Source: Gemmatimonadota bacterium (GTDB lineage Bacteria > Gemmatimonadota > Gemmatimonadetes > Gemmatimonadales > GWC2-71-9). Taken from it: a DNA stretch of 31,524 nt. The stretch is from NCBI GenBank assembly GCA_039591655.1, contig JBDHDE010000029.1:1-31524 (forward strand), in the 5' to 3' direction. Positions 15,897-25,328 of the stretch are shown piece after piece. Below the pieces are notes generated by a model. The model made no database searches, was not told the origin of the DNA, and saw only the letters and a program-made list of their open reading frames with translations. The position numbers and the translations under genes are program-made. Position 1 is the stretch's first letter; every line of letters starts with the position of its first letter.

Positions 15897-17066
15897 TTGA
15901 GTCCCACCGCACCGCCACTCACGAAGATCCCGCCGGCCGTCATCAACCATCCGCTTGTCCGGACGCTTACCGTCCTGGCTCTGCTGTTCGTGTTCCTGCT
16001 GGGCGTGAACGGACTGGGTGACGGGTTCAAATCGCTGGGACGGGACTTCGTCACGTCGTTCTTCGCGGCGACCGAGAACCCCTTCATGGCGCTCATCGTG
16101 GGCATTCTGGCGACCACGCTGGTGCAGAGCTCCTCGGTCACCACGTCGCTCATCGTGGGGCTCGTCGCAGCGCCGGAGAACCCCCTTCCCATCGCCAATG
16201 CCGTCCCCATGGTCATGGGGGCGAACATCGGGACCACGGTGACCAACTCGCTGGTCTCCCTGGCGTATATGGGCCGCAGGGAGGAGTTCCACCGCGCCTT
16301 CTCGGTGGCCACGTGCCACGACTTCTTCAACTACATGGCCGTGATCGTCCTGCTGCCGTTGGAGTTGATGACCGGCTACCTGCGAACGACCGCGACGTAC
16401 CTGGGTTCCCTGGTCACGGGCGTCGGCGGCATGGAGTACGACAGCCCCATCAAAGGGGCGCTGAAGGCGACGTGGAAGCCGATCAAGGATGCGGTCCACG
16501 CGGTCACCGACTCCCAGGGAACCCAGGCGGTCCTCCTCATCGGCATATCTGCCGTGCTGATCTACATCGCCCTCATGCTGCTGGTGCGGGTGATGCGACA
16601 GGTGATGCACTCGCGGGTGGAGGCGATCGTCACGCAGGGGCTGTACAAGGCCGCCCCCTTCGCCATCCTGGTGGGTATCCTGGTGACGGTGATGGTGCAG
16701 TCCAGCTCCATCACAACGTCACTGCTGGTGCCGCTGGCGGGTGCGGGGCTCATCACGCTGGCACAGGCGTTCCCCGTCACCATCGGAGCGAACATCGGGA
16801 CCACGGTCACCGCGATGTTGGCCGCCCTCGCGGTCACGGGGGTGAACGCGCAGTTCGGCGTCATCATCGCGCTGGTGCACTTGCTGTTCAACTTGAGCGC
16901 GACCCTGCTGATCTACCCTGTGGAGCGGGTCCGCCGTATACCGCTCACCGCGGCGACCAAACTCGCGGACGTTGCCGTGCGGTCCCGCCGGTGGGCATTC
17001 TTCTATGTGGTGATGTTGTTCTACGGCTTGCCGGCGCTCCTCATCGCGCTCGACGAGCTCCTCTAG
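15897..17066 (+). CDS. Na+/phosphate cotransporter (PNaS/NptA family)
   Basis: Two repeats of VQSSSxTTS...GANIGTTVT; start codon uncertain (TTG 15897). Confidence 0.92.
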   Translation: MSPTAPPLTKIPPAVINHPLVRTLTVLALLFVFLLGVNGLGDGFKSLGRDFVTSFFAATENPFMALIVGILATTLVQSSSVTTSLIVGLVAAPENPLPIANAVPMVMGANIGTTVTNSLVSLAYMGRREEFHRAFSVATCHDFFNYMAVIVLLPLELMTGYLRTTATYLGSLVTGVGGMEYDSPIKGALKATWKPIKDAVHAVTDSQGTQAVLLIGISAVLIYIALMLLVRVMRQVMHSRVEAIVTQGLYKAAPFAILVGILVTVMVQSSSITTSLLVPLAGAGLITLAQAFPVTIGANIGTTVTAMLAALAVTGVNAQFGVIIALVHLLFNLSATLLIYPVERVRRIPLTAATKLADVAVRSRRWAFFYVVMLFYGLPALLIALDELL

Positions 17067-17085
17067 GTGGTACCGGAGGCGACGT

Positions 17086-17784
17086 ATGCTTCGTGAACTG
17101 CTCAGCATCTTTCGGTCGGATCAGCCTCTGGCGGCTATGGGCGAGAACTTCGCCCAGATGCTCAAGCTGACGTATCAGATGACGCTCCAGGCGGGCGACG
17201 CGTACTTCGGCAAGTCGCGGAAGCCCGACTCCCGCACGCAGATCTACGAGCACGACGTTGAGGTGAACAAGCTGCAGCGGGTCATCCGCAAGCAGGTGAT
17301 TGCCCACCTCTCCGTCGCAGGCAACAGCGCGTCGCTCCCGTATTGCCTGCTGCTGATGAGCCTGGTGAAGGACGTGGAGCGACTGGGAGACTACGCCAAG
17401 AACCTGTCGGAGGTCGCGGAGTTGCGTCCCGATCCCCTCCCGGAGGACGAGCTCGTGGAGGAGCTCAAGGAGATCCGGGCAGGGGTCGAAGAAGCCTTTG
17501 TAGCGACGGCCGACGTGTTCGCCACGTCCGATCACGAGCGGGCCGTCACCCTGATCCAACAGGGGCGCGACGTGACCCACCGCTGCGACGCGCTGGTGGC
17601 TTCCGTGGCCCGCAGCGCTTACGATGCGGGCACGGCGACGGCGGTGGTCCTGGGGGCGCGATTCTACAAGCGCATCGGCGCCCACGTGCTCAACGTGCTG
17701 TCCAGCGTCGTGATGCCGCTGCACAAGCTGGACTACTACGACGAGAAGCTGTTCGAGAAAGAGGGATCGGCCGAAGGCAACTAG
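17086..17784 (+). CDS. PhoU-domain protein
   Basis: GGAGG RBS; EHDVEVNKLQ and KDVERLGDYAKNLSE PhoU-repeat motifs; degenerate second repeat FYKRIGAHVLNV. Confidence 0.85.
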   Translation: MLRELLSIFRSDQPLAAMGENFAQMLKLTYQMTLQAGDAYFGKSRKPDSRTQIYEHDVEVNKLQRVIRKQVIAHLSVAGNSASLPYCLLLMSLVKDVERLGDYAKNLSEVAELRPDPLPEDELVEELKEIRAGVEEAFVATADVFATSDHERAVTLIQQGRDVTHRCDALVASVARSAYDAGTATAVVLGARFYKRIGAHVLNVLSSVVMPLHKLDYYDEKLFEKEGSAEGN

Positions 17785-17816
17785 CCCGCACCCCAATCTC
17801 GTTGGGAGGCTGCTGA

Positions 17817-18431
17817 ATGCGGCTGCTACCACGGCAAGAGGAGTTCTTCGACCTGTTCGTCGAGGTGGCGACCCGCTCGCACGAGGCCGCCGGACACCTA
17901 CGGCAGCTGTTCGCGTCTTTGCCGGGGGGAATCGTCTACCACGTGGACGCGATCAAGCGGCTCGAGCACGAGGCCGACGAGATCACCCATGAGGTCGTCA
18001 AGCGGCTCGACCGCACGTTCATCACCCCCATCGACCGCGAAGACATCCACCTACTCGCCTCGGATCTGGACACGGTCATGGACCGGATCGATGGCACGGC
18101 GCGTCGGGCACAGATCTTCCGCTTGAGCCCACCGCCGGATGGCATCGCGCAGCTGTGCGAGCTGGTCGTGAGTATCACCCAGGCGACCGCCGAGGCGGTC
18201 GAGCAGTTGCGAAAGAAGCGCGACGTGATGCCCCACTGCATCGAGGCCAAGCGGCTCGAGGAGGAGGCGGACTCGGTTTACCACCTGATGCTGGGCCGGC
18301 TGTTCGATAACGAGCGCGACCCCATCACGCTCATCAAGTGGAAAGAGATGTTCGACAACCTCGAGCGGACGATCGACCAGTGTGACGATGTCGCGAACGA
18401 CCTCGAATCGATCGTGCTGAAGCACGCGTGA
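17817..18431 (+). CDS. DUF47 Pit accessory protein (PhoU-like)
   Basis: LEHEADEITH, TFITPIDREDI, LEEEAD, IKWKE motifs; GTGA overlap with pit. Confidence 0.92.
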   Translation: MRLLPRQEEFFDLFVEVATRSHEAAGHLRQLFASLPGGIVYHVDAIKRLEHEADEITHEVVKRLDRTFITPIDREDIHLLASDLDTVMDRIDGTARRAQIFRLSPPPDGIAQLCELVVSITQATAEAVEQLRKKRDVMPHCIEAKRLEEEADSVYHLMLGRLFDNERDPITLIKWKEMFDNLERTIDQCDDVANDLESIVLKHA

Positions 18432-19465
18432 TCCTCGAGTCTGTCTGGTTCGTCCTGGCAATCGTCGGGCTGGCACTCCTATTCGACTTCATCAACGGAT
18501 TCCACGACAGCGCGAACAGCATAGCGACCATCGTCTCGACGCGGGTGCTGTCGCCGTTCGTGGCGGTGGGCTGGGCGGCCTTCTTCAACTTCGTCGCGGC
18601 ATTCGGATTCGGGACGGCCGTCGCCAAGACGATAGGCAGCGGCCTCATCGACCTTTCGATCGTCGATCCGCTGGTGATCCTGGCCGGGCTCGTGGGAGCC
18701 ATCCTGTGGGATGTGATCACATGGTATTACGGGATCCCGTCGAGCTCTTCGCACGCCCTCATCGGCGGGTACGGGGGTGCCGCAGTGGCAAAGGCGGGAG
18801 TGACGGCGCTGATCATCGGAGGTTGGGTGAAGCCCATCGCCTTCATCCTCGTGGCGCCGCTGCTCGGCATGCTGCTCGGCCTGCTGCTCATGGTGGGGAC
18901 GGCCTGGACGTTCCGCCGGGCGTCGCCCCGGTCGGTGGACAAGCACTTCCGGAGGCTACAGCTCGTGTCCGCGGCGGCCTACAGCCTGAGCCACGGGACC
19001 AACGATGCCCAGAAGACGATGGGCATCATCGTGGGGCTGCTCGTGTCGTCACAGCACCTCTTCCGTGACTTCCCGATTCCGGCGTTCCACCTCACAACGG
19101 CGGATGTGATTCCGACGTGGGTCATCCTGTCGGCGCACGCGGCGATCGCTGCGGGCACGGCGGCTGGCGGCTGGCGGATCGTGAAGACGATGGGATCCCG
19201 GCTCACGAAGCTCAAGCCCGTTCACGGCTTCTGCGCCGAGACCGGCGGCGCGATTTCCGTGTTCCTGGCATCCGGCCTCGGCATCCCGGTCAGCACCACG
19301 CATGTCATCACGGGGTCCATCGTCGGTGTGGGGGCGGCACAGCGGTTCTCTGCGGTGCGGTGGGGGCTGGCCGGCCGGATCATCTGGGCCTGGATTCTCA
19401 CGATCCCTGTGTCGGCCGGCATCGGGGGCATCGTCTACCTGCTGCTGCACATCTTCATCCGCTAG
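18428..19465 (+). CDS. pit: Inorganic phosphate transporter (PiT family)
   Basis: NGFHDSANSIAT, GIPSSSSHAL, HGTNDAQKTMG, GIPVSTTH signatures. Confidence 0.95.
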   Translation: MILESVWFVLAIVGLALLFDFINGFHDSANSIATIVSTRVLSPFVAVGWAAFFNFVAAFGFGTAVAKTIGSGLIDLSIVDPLVILAGLVGAILWDVITWYYGIPSSSSHALIGGYGGAAVAKAGVTALIIGGWVKPIAFILVAPLLGMLLGLLLMVGTAWTFRRASPRSVDKHFRRLQLVSAAAYSLSHGTNDAQKTMGIIVGLLVSSQHLFRDFPIPAFHLTTADVIPTWVILSAHAAIAAGTAAGGWRIVKTMGSRLTKLKPVHGFCAETGGAISVFLASGLGIPVSTTHVITGSIVGVGAAQRFSAVRWGLAGRIIWAWILTIPVSAGIGGIVYLLLHIFIR

Positions 19466-19993
19466 CTACGATTCTGCCTTGAGCGCCCTGGCCTGCTCCA
19501 GATCGATGTCCCGCGCTACGGGGGGCGGCCACGCCCCCTGCCTCAGCTGCAGGTCGATGATGGTCTGCTCGTTCTGAATGCGGCGCTGTGTGGCGCGGTC
19601 GATGAGGCCCGACCGCACCGCCTCCGCCAGCTCCTCCTCATCGAGCCACTGGGGCTCCCCCTCCACCGGCTGCCACAGGTCCAGGAACAGGTCGCTGCCG
19701 ACCCAGCGGTCCTCCGCCAGCTGTACCGGCCGGCACAGGTTCGTGTACCAGCCGGTGAGGCTGCCGTCCTCCAGATGAAACCGGCCGATGTCGTGCCACT
19801 TCTCGGGGAAGACGCACCAAACGATGGGCGCCCCCGCCTCCAGCACCGATCGCCCTGCCACGCTGACCTCCGGACCCTCGTAGCGTTCCAGCAGCAGCAC
19901 CTTCAAGTCGGGCCGGTCCAGCACCAGCCATTCGTCGTAGTGCGTGGTCGGCCTGCCTGGGCGGCGGTACTCGTAGCGGATACGCTGGGCCAT
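19466..19993 (-). CDS. DUF402 (FomD-like) protein
   Basis: GWYTNL...DLFLDLW...WLDEEEL motifs; start ATG 19993 (MAQRIRY). Confidence 0.8.
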   Translation of the reverse strand: MAQRIRYEYRRPGRPTTHYDEWLVLDRPDLKVLLLERYEGPEVSVAGRSVLEAGAPIVWCVFPEKWHDIGRFHLEDGSLTGWYTNLCRPVQLAEDRWVGSDLFLDLWQPVEGEPQWLDEEELAEAVRSGLIDRATQRRIQNEQTIIDLQLRQGAWPPPVARDIDLEQARALKAES

Positions 19994-20064
19994 CGGGCTG
20001 GCGTCCTTATCTTGGGGTGCAGCCGGCACAAACAGTCCGTCATCTAACGTATATTGCTCTCGAT

Positions 20065-20763
20065 ATGGCGAGCATTCTGATCGCCCTTCAGGAGCCCCTG
20101 CTGCGCATGGGGGTGGAGGCCACGCTGGGGGAGTCCTCGGAGTTCGAGGTGGTGGGCCACGTGGAGGGGGTCGGGAGTGTGAAGCCCGAGGTGGACCGTC
20201 TGGACCCGGATGTGCTCATCCTGGACGAGCAGTTCCGCCGGCGGGACCAGGAGCTACTCCCCGGCATCGCCGCCGCCCATCCCGACTGCAAGGTCGTGGT
20301 CATGGTAGACCACACCGACGAGCAGTGCACCCTCCGTTCCCTGCTCTTGGGCCCCCGGGATCGCTGGCCGGAGGACGACGTCCTCAAGCAGGTCCAGGAG
20401 TGCTGCATCCTGGCTTTGCGCCAGTCGGCCCGCGGCTGCGTCCCCAAAGGCTCCACACCGGAGCGCCTCGTGGACGCCCTCAAGGCCGTCACCGCGGGTG
20501 AGCTGTGGGCCGGCCCCGGGCTGGCCTCCTACTTTCGGGAGACGCTCGTGGAGCCCGAGCCGCAGCCGTCTCATCGGCTCACGGCGCGGGAGCTCGAGGT
20601 GATCGGGCTGGTGGTGGACTGTCTGAGCAACCGGGAGATCGGCGAGCGGCTCAACCTGAGCGAGCAGACGATCAAGAACCACCTCGCCCGCATCATGGAA
20701 AAGCTGGGCATTCGCAACCGCGTAGAGTTGGCCCTCTACGCGGTGCGCGAGCGCCTGGCATAA
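20065..20763 (+). CDS. NarL/LuxR family response regulator with atypical receiver domain
   Basis: REC PDVLILD...VPK; HTH LTARELEVI...SNREIGERLNLSEQTIKNHLARIMEKLG; start ATG 20065. Confidence 0.9.
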   Translation: MASILIALQEPLLRMGVEATLGESSEFEVVGHVEGVGSVKPEVDRLDPDVLILDEQFRRRDQELLPGIAAAHPDCKVVVMVDHTDEQCTLRSLLLGPRDRWPEDDVLKQVQECCILALRQSARGCVPKGSTPERLVDALKAVTAGELWAGPGLASYFRETLVEPEPQPSHRLTARELEVIGLVVDCLSNREIGERLNLSEQTIKNHLARIMEKLGIRNRVELALYAVRERLA

Positions 20764-20793
20764 CCACCGCGAGACGCCCGCGCGGGAAGGAGC

Positions 20794-21222
20794 CTAGCGC
20801 TTTCCGCCGGGAGGACGTCCGTGGGGTTGAGCCTCCTCCTTCGATGCACTCTGCTCGGCCGCCGCCCCGCCCTCGGGTGGGCTCGGCGCTGCCTCCGCCG
20901 GAAGCGCCCTGACCTTGTCCTCCGCCGCCACCGCCCTCCCTTCCGCCTCGGACTTCGCGGCCACCGCTTTCTTGCGTGCCCAGTTCGCCAGCGAGAAGCG
21001 GCCCTTGTAGTAGAACGTCGTCAGGGCGCCCACCAGCAGTCCTACGAGGAACGATCCCAAGACCAACAGCGAAGCGCTGGCATCGATCTGCCAGAACACG
21101 ATGTCGATCCGCACCGCGTGCAGGTTCTGCAGCGCGAACAGCAGCGCCGCCGCGGTGAGCACGGCCACCAAGAGCAGTCGGACTCGATCCCAAATGCCGC
21201 GTAGCTTCTGCATCAGTCCCAT
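20794..21222 (-). CDS. LapA-domain (DUF1049-like) membrane protein
   Basis: LLFALQNxxxVxIxIVFW...LLVLGSFLVGLLVG pattern followed by a charged tail. Confidence 0.75.
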   Translation of the reverse strand: MGLMQKLRGIWDRVRLLLVAVLTAAALLFALQNLHAVRIDIVFWQIDASASLLVLGSFLVGLLVGALTTFYYKGRFSLANWARKKAVAAKSEAEGRAVAAEDKVRALPAEAAPSPPEGGAAAEQSASKEEAQPHGRPPGGKR

Positions 21223-21233
21223 ACGCACCCGCC

Positions 21234-23114
21234 TCAGCTCGTTGCCGGTTCGTCGTGTCCGTCCTCGTACCGCCCGCCCAGGTGCTCGGCCAGGAACCGC
21301 TCGGCCACCGCATAGAACTTGAGCCGATTCTCGGGTTTGGCAAACCCGTGGCCCTCATCGGGGAACAGCATGTACTCGTGGTCGATCCCCTTCTCCCGCA
21401 TCGCCGCCACGACCTGCTCCGACTCCGACTGCTTCACCCGGGGATCGTTGGCGCCCTGCGCGATCAACATGGGGACTGCGATATTGTCCACGTGAAACAG
21501 TGGAGAGCGCGACTCGAGAAACTCCCGGTCCTTCTCCGGCTCCCCCACCCGCTGGTGCAGCATCGCCAGATAAGACGACCAGTACGGCGGAATCGTCTCG
21601 ATGAACGTGATGAGGCTCGAGGGTCCCACGATGTCGACAGCACAGCAGAACAGATCCGGGGTGAAGGTGGCGCCCACGAGCGCGGCGTACCCGCCGTATG
21701 AACCGCCGTAGATGGCAATGCGCTCGGGGTCGGCGACGTCCCGCCGCACGATCCACTGGATCGCGTCCACCAGGTCGTCGTGCATCTTGCCGCCCCACTC
21801 GCGGTTCCCGGCGTTGAGAAACCGCTTGCCGTAGCCCGTGGAGCCGCGGTAGTTGATCTGGAGGCAGGCGTAGCCGCGGTTCGCGAACCACTGGGCTTCC
21901 GGATCGTAGCCCCAGGTGTCCCGGTGCCACGGCCCCCCGTGCACGTTGAGCACCAGGGGCAGCTTCTCCCGGGTCGCGCCCCGGGGCGAGGTGAGATAGC
22001 CGTGGATCGTGAGCCCGTCGCGCGACTCGAAAGAGACGGGTTCGACCTTGGCGAGGGTGTATTCGGCCAGCGCGGGCCGGGTGTGGAACAGGAAGCGGCC
22101 CTCTCGCGTGCGGCGATCGAAGCCGTAGTAGGAAACCGGGCGGTCGTCCTCTAGAAACTCGACGATCCAGGCGTCGTCGGCGTGCGTGCGGCTGTGAATG
22201 GCGAAGTCGCCGGGGTTCAGCTTGCGGATCTCCTCGATGTCCTCCCGGATCGTGGCGTCCAGTACCTCCCATTCTCGCCGTGCCCGGGTGAAGGCCACCA
22301 TTTGGATCTCCCGGGTGTCGGGATGCACCACCGCGCTGCTCACGTCGTACTGCGGGTCGCCGGCCAACACGTCGACTTGGCTCGACGCGAGCTCGAGCGT
22401 GACCAGGCGTGCCGCGTTGGCATCCCGGGAGTCCACGAGGTAGAGGGACCTCCCGTCCTTGGTGAATGCCGCCGGCCAGCTCGTGAGGGCGTCCTCGGCG
22501 CTCCACCGAACGAGACTGTGCCACTCGCCGTCGCCGCCATCCCTCACCAAGAGCTCCGAGCCCCCGTCGGGGGTTGCCGCCGCGGCGGCCCGCACCCGGA
22601 GATCGGCGTCGGCCACCCAGCCCATCACGTTGCCCGGGTTCTGCGCCACCAGCTCGAGGGCGTTGGTGGCGAGATCCAGATGGTAGACGTCGTGGAGCCG
22701 GGCGTCCTCCTTATTCATCGCGATGAGCAGCTCGTTCGGGTGGTGCTTCTCGTGGGCCACCACTTGTACCTGCACGTCCTCGAAGGGCGTTAGGTCCTCA
22801 GTGGTCTCCGACTCCACATGCACCTTGTGCAGCCGCCAATTCTCGTCTCCCCCGATGTCCTGGAGGTAGAGCACGTGCTCCCCGTCGTGAGCCCAGAAGT
22901 AGATGCGCACCCCGCGGTCGGTGTCCCGAGTGATGGGTCGGAACTTCTCGCCGCCGACCGTGCCCACCCACACGTTCAGCACGCCGTCGAGCGGAGCCAG
23001 GTATGCCATCATGGAGCCGTCGGGGGAGAGCTGCGGGTCGGCGCGCTCCGGGTTGCCGAAGATGACGTCGCGCGGGATGAGGGAGGGCAGGCCGTTCAGG
23101 TAGTCTCGGCTCAT
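21234..23114 (-). CDS. S9 family serine peptidase (dipeptidyl aminopeptidase/acylaminoacyl peptidase)
   Basis: [45 protein letters not shown] catalytic triad; start ATG 23114. Confidence 0.95.
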   Translation of the reverse strand: MSRDYLNGLPSLIPRDVIFGNPERADPQLSPDGSMMAYLAPLDGVLNVWVGTVGGEKFRPITRDTDRGVRIYFWAHDGEHVLYLQDIGGDENWRLHKVHVESETTEDLTPFEDVQVQVVAHEKHHPNELLIAMNKEDARLHDVYHLDLATNALELVAQNPGNVMGWVADADLRVRAAAAATPDGGSELLVRDGGDGEWHSLVRWSAEDALTSWPAAFTKDGRSLYLVDSRDANAARLVTLELASSQVDVLAGDPQYDVSSAVVHPDTREIQMVAFTRARREWEVLDATIREDIEEIRKLNPGDFAIHSRTHADDAWIVEFLEDDRPVSYYGFDRRTREGRFLFHTRPALAEYTLAKVEPVSFESRDGLTIHGYLTSPRGATREKLPLVLNVHGGPWHRDTWGYDPEAQWFANRGYACLQINYRGSTGYGKRFLNAGNREWGGKMHDDLVDAIQWIVRRDVADPERIAIYGGSYGGYAALVGATFTPDLFCCAVDIVGPSSLITFIETIPPYWSSYLAMLHQRVGEPEKDREFLESRSPLFHVDNIAVPMLIAQGANDPRVKQSESEQVVAAMREKGIDHEYMLFPDEGHGFAKPENRLKFYAVAERFLAEHLGGRYEDGHDEPATS

Positions 23115-23133
23115 ACGGACGAGTCGGTTCCTC

Positions 23134-23694
23134 TCAAAACACGAACGGTATGAACATCTTGGTGTGTTGCATGTACGTACGGTACGCAGCACCGAAATAG
23201 CGGACATTCTCCACTTCCTCAGCCTTCGCCGTCGCCAGTAGAAATGCCGTCGCACCCAGCGCCACACCAACCGCAACCCAGGACGGGTGCTTGAAGAACA
23301 CGCCCCATGCCAGAAGCAGCAGCGAGCTGTACATCGGATGGCGGATGTACTTGAACGCGCCCGTCGTCACCAGTTGGGTTGTCTTCTCGATCCAGAGCAG
23401 GGGTGCATCGTGGGATCGTTGGGCGTCCGGTCTGCCCTGGGCGCGCAGAAGATGTATGCCATGTGCGGCAGGGACGATACAGCTGATCAGGAGGAACCAG
23501 GAAATGAGCTGGCGGACGGAGAACGGATCGCCGAACCACTGGTGAAAGCTGATGAAGTTGAGGAAGAAGAGGCCGAGAATGCACTCCCAGGCAAAGAACC
23601 GGTAGAAGCCGTGAGAACGGGGCACCTTCAGGGAAGCTCGTGAGACATGGGCCAGCGCAGCGGACAGTATGGCGAAAATAATGACTCTGAGCAT
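23134..23694 (-). CDS. Isoprenylcysteine carboxyl methyltransferase (ICMT/PEMT-like) family membrane protein
   Basis: LVTTGAFKYIRHPMYS...EE...FGAAYRTY...FIP signature. Confidence 0.88.
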   Translation of the reverse strand: MLRVIIFAILSAALAHVSRASLKVPRSHGFYRFFAWECILGLFFLNFISFHQWFGDPFSVRQLISWFLLISCIVPAAHGIHLLRAQGRPDAQRSHDAPLLWIEKTTQLVTTGAFKYIRHPMYSSLLLLAWGVFFKHPSWVAVGVALGATAFLLATAKAEEVENVRYFGAAYRTYMQHTKMFIPFVF

Positions 23695-23713
23695 GTCTTA
23701 TGACTTAAGGGCC

Positions 23714-24082
23714 TCAGCGTCCCCGCCGCACGCGCTTGGCGTACCCCCAGTAGGCCACCCCGTTGATCGCGATCACCAAGATACCCAGGACCACCTGGAT
23801 CGTGCGGGTGAGCCCCGACGGATAGATGAGGGGCACGATGTAGTGGTCGATGAAGCCGCCTGCATAGCCGAGCTGCCCGGCGCGGTAGCGGAACTCGTTC
23901 TCCCACGAGGTGAGGGGACAGCCCCAGTGAAAGATCTCGATGAGGGCGCCCCACACCGCGGCCGGGACATGTAACCACGCGAGCCGGCGCCAGCGCCAGG
24001 CCAGGAACCCGCCCGCCACCACGAAGATGACGAACAGGGCATGGAGCGCGACGACTGCGTCGGCAGCGAGGCGGTACGGCAC
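23714..24082 (-). CDS. DUF2784 membrane protein
   Basis: GTG 24082: MPYRLAADAVVALHALF...WLHVPAAVWG...CPLTSWEN...GFIDHYIVPLIYP; corresponds to the 3' part of track ORF 23714..24760. Confidence 0.88.
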   Translation of the reverse strand: MPYRLAADAVVALHALFVIFVVAGGFLAWRWRRLAWLHVPAAVWGALIEIFHWGCPLTSWENEFRYRAGQLGYAGGFIDHYIVPLIYPSGLTRTIQVVLGILVIAINGVAYWGYAKRVRRGR

Positions 24083-24090
24083 GGCGCAGG

Positions 24091-25323
24091 CTACAGCTCG
24101 GGAATCCCCCCGGTCCCCCGTTCCGCCCGGTCCATCACGACTGCCGCCGACATGTGCCCGGTCACGTTGGTGGCGGTGCGGGCCATGTCCGGAATGCGAT
24201 CGACGCCTAGGAGCACACCCATGCCGTCCAGCGGTATGCCTACCACCCCGAGCGCAGGGGCCAGAGAGAGCACGCTGGCTGCCGGCACGCTCGCCACGGT
24301 GATTGAGACCAGAGCGGTGGCGAGCACCGCCACACCCAATCCCGCAGCGGGGACCTGCACGCCGTAGAGCCAGGCCAGAAAGATCACTCCGCAACCCTGG
24401 AACAGCGCGCTGCCGGCCCGGTTGATGGACGCCCCCAGCGGAATCACGAAGCTCGAGACCTCGCGCACCAGGTGCAGCTGCTCGTCGGCCGCCTCCAGCA
24501 TGGCGGGGATCGTGGCCGCGGAGCTGGTGGTCGTGAAGGCGATGATCTGCGGGCCGAGGCACGCCCTGAGGAATGTGTCGGGCTCCATTCTGCCCAGCAG
24601 CCTGACCGTGGGGAGATAGACGCATACGATGAACACGGTCAGCCCCACGAGCACCGCCATCACGAACACGCCGAGACTCTGCAGCATCGCCCACCCCGAG
24701 CGCGCCGTGACGGGTGCCGCCAGCGCGAAGACGCCGAAGGGCGCGATCCACAGAATCCACTGTACCAGCTTGATGAGCGCCGCCGAGACCGACGTTGCCA
24801 GCCCGACGAGCCGCTTGCGGTCCTCGAAGGGCAGCGTGCCCGTGGCGGCTCCGAACAGCACCGTGAAAACGATCAGCGGAAGCAGCGCTCCGTCGGCCGC
24901 TGCCTTGAACGGGTTCGCCGGGATGAGTCCCACCAGGAACTCCACCGGTCCGGGGAGGGCGGCCGCGTCCGGGGCGGTCGCCTCCACCGCGCGGGCCGCC
25001 GCCTCACTTGCCAACGGGAGCATGAGGCGCATCGTGCCCATGCCCAGTACCACCGCCACCAAAGTCGTGACTGCGAAGAACAGCAGCGTGTACGCGCCCA
25101 TGCGGGTGAGCCGCTTCAAGTCTCCCATGCCGGCCACGCCCACGAAGAGCGTGGTGCCGACGAGGGGGATCACGACCATCTTGAGCAGGTTGATGAACGC
25201 AATGCCCAGGGGCTCGACGCCCTCGGCGGCGGCGATCAGAGTCGGGGAATCCGTGAGCGCCGCCAGGAGCCCGAACAGCAGCCCGCCCGCCAGGCCCAGC
25301 GCGATGGCTACGTGCAGCTTCAT
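24091..25323 (-). CDS. Dicarboxylate/amino acid:cation symporter (DAACS)
   Basis: FINLLKMVVIPLV, LIPANPF, AFTTTSSAATIP, PLGASINRAG, GVDRIPDMARTATNVTG; start ATG 25323. Confidence 0.93.
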   Translation of the reverse strand: MKLHVAIALGLAGGLLFGLLAALTDSPTLIAAAEGVEPLGIAFINLLKMVVIPLVGTTLFVGVAGMGDLKRLTRMGAYTLLFFAVTTLVAVVLGMGTMRLMLPLASEAAARAVEATAPDAAALPGPVEFLVGLIPANPFKAAADGALLPLIVFTVLFGAATGTLPFEDRKRLVGLATSVSAALIKLVQWILWIAPFGVFALAAPVTARSGWAMLQSLGVFVMAVLVGLTVFIVCVYLPTVRLLGRMEPDTFLRACLGPQIIAFTTTSSAATIPAMLEAADEQLHLVREVSSFVIPLGASINRAGSALFQGCGVIFLAWLYGVQVPAAGLGVAVLATALVSITVASVPAASVLSLAPALGVVGIPLDGMGVLLGVDRIPDMARTATNVTGHMSAAVVMDRAERGTGGIPEL

Positions 25324-25328
25324 GACCG

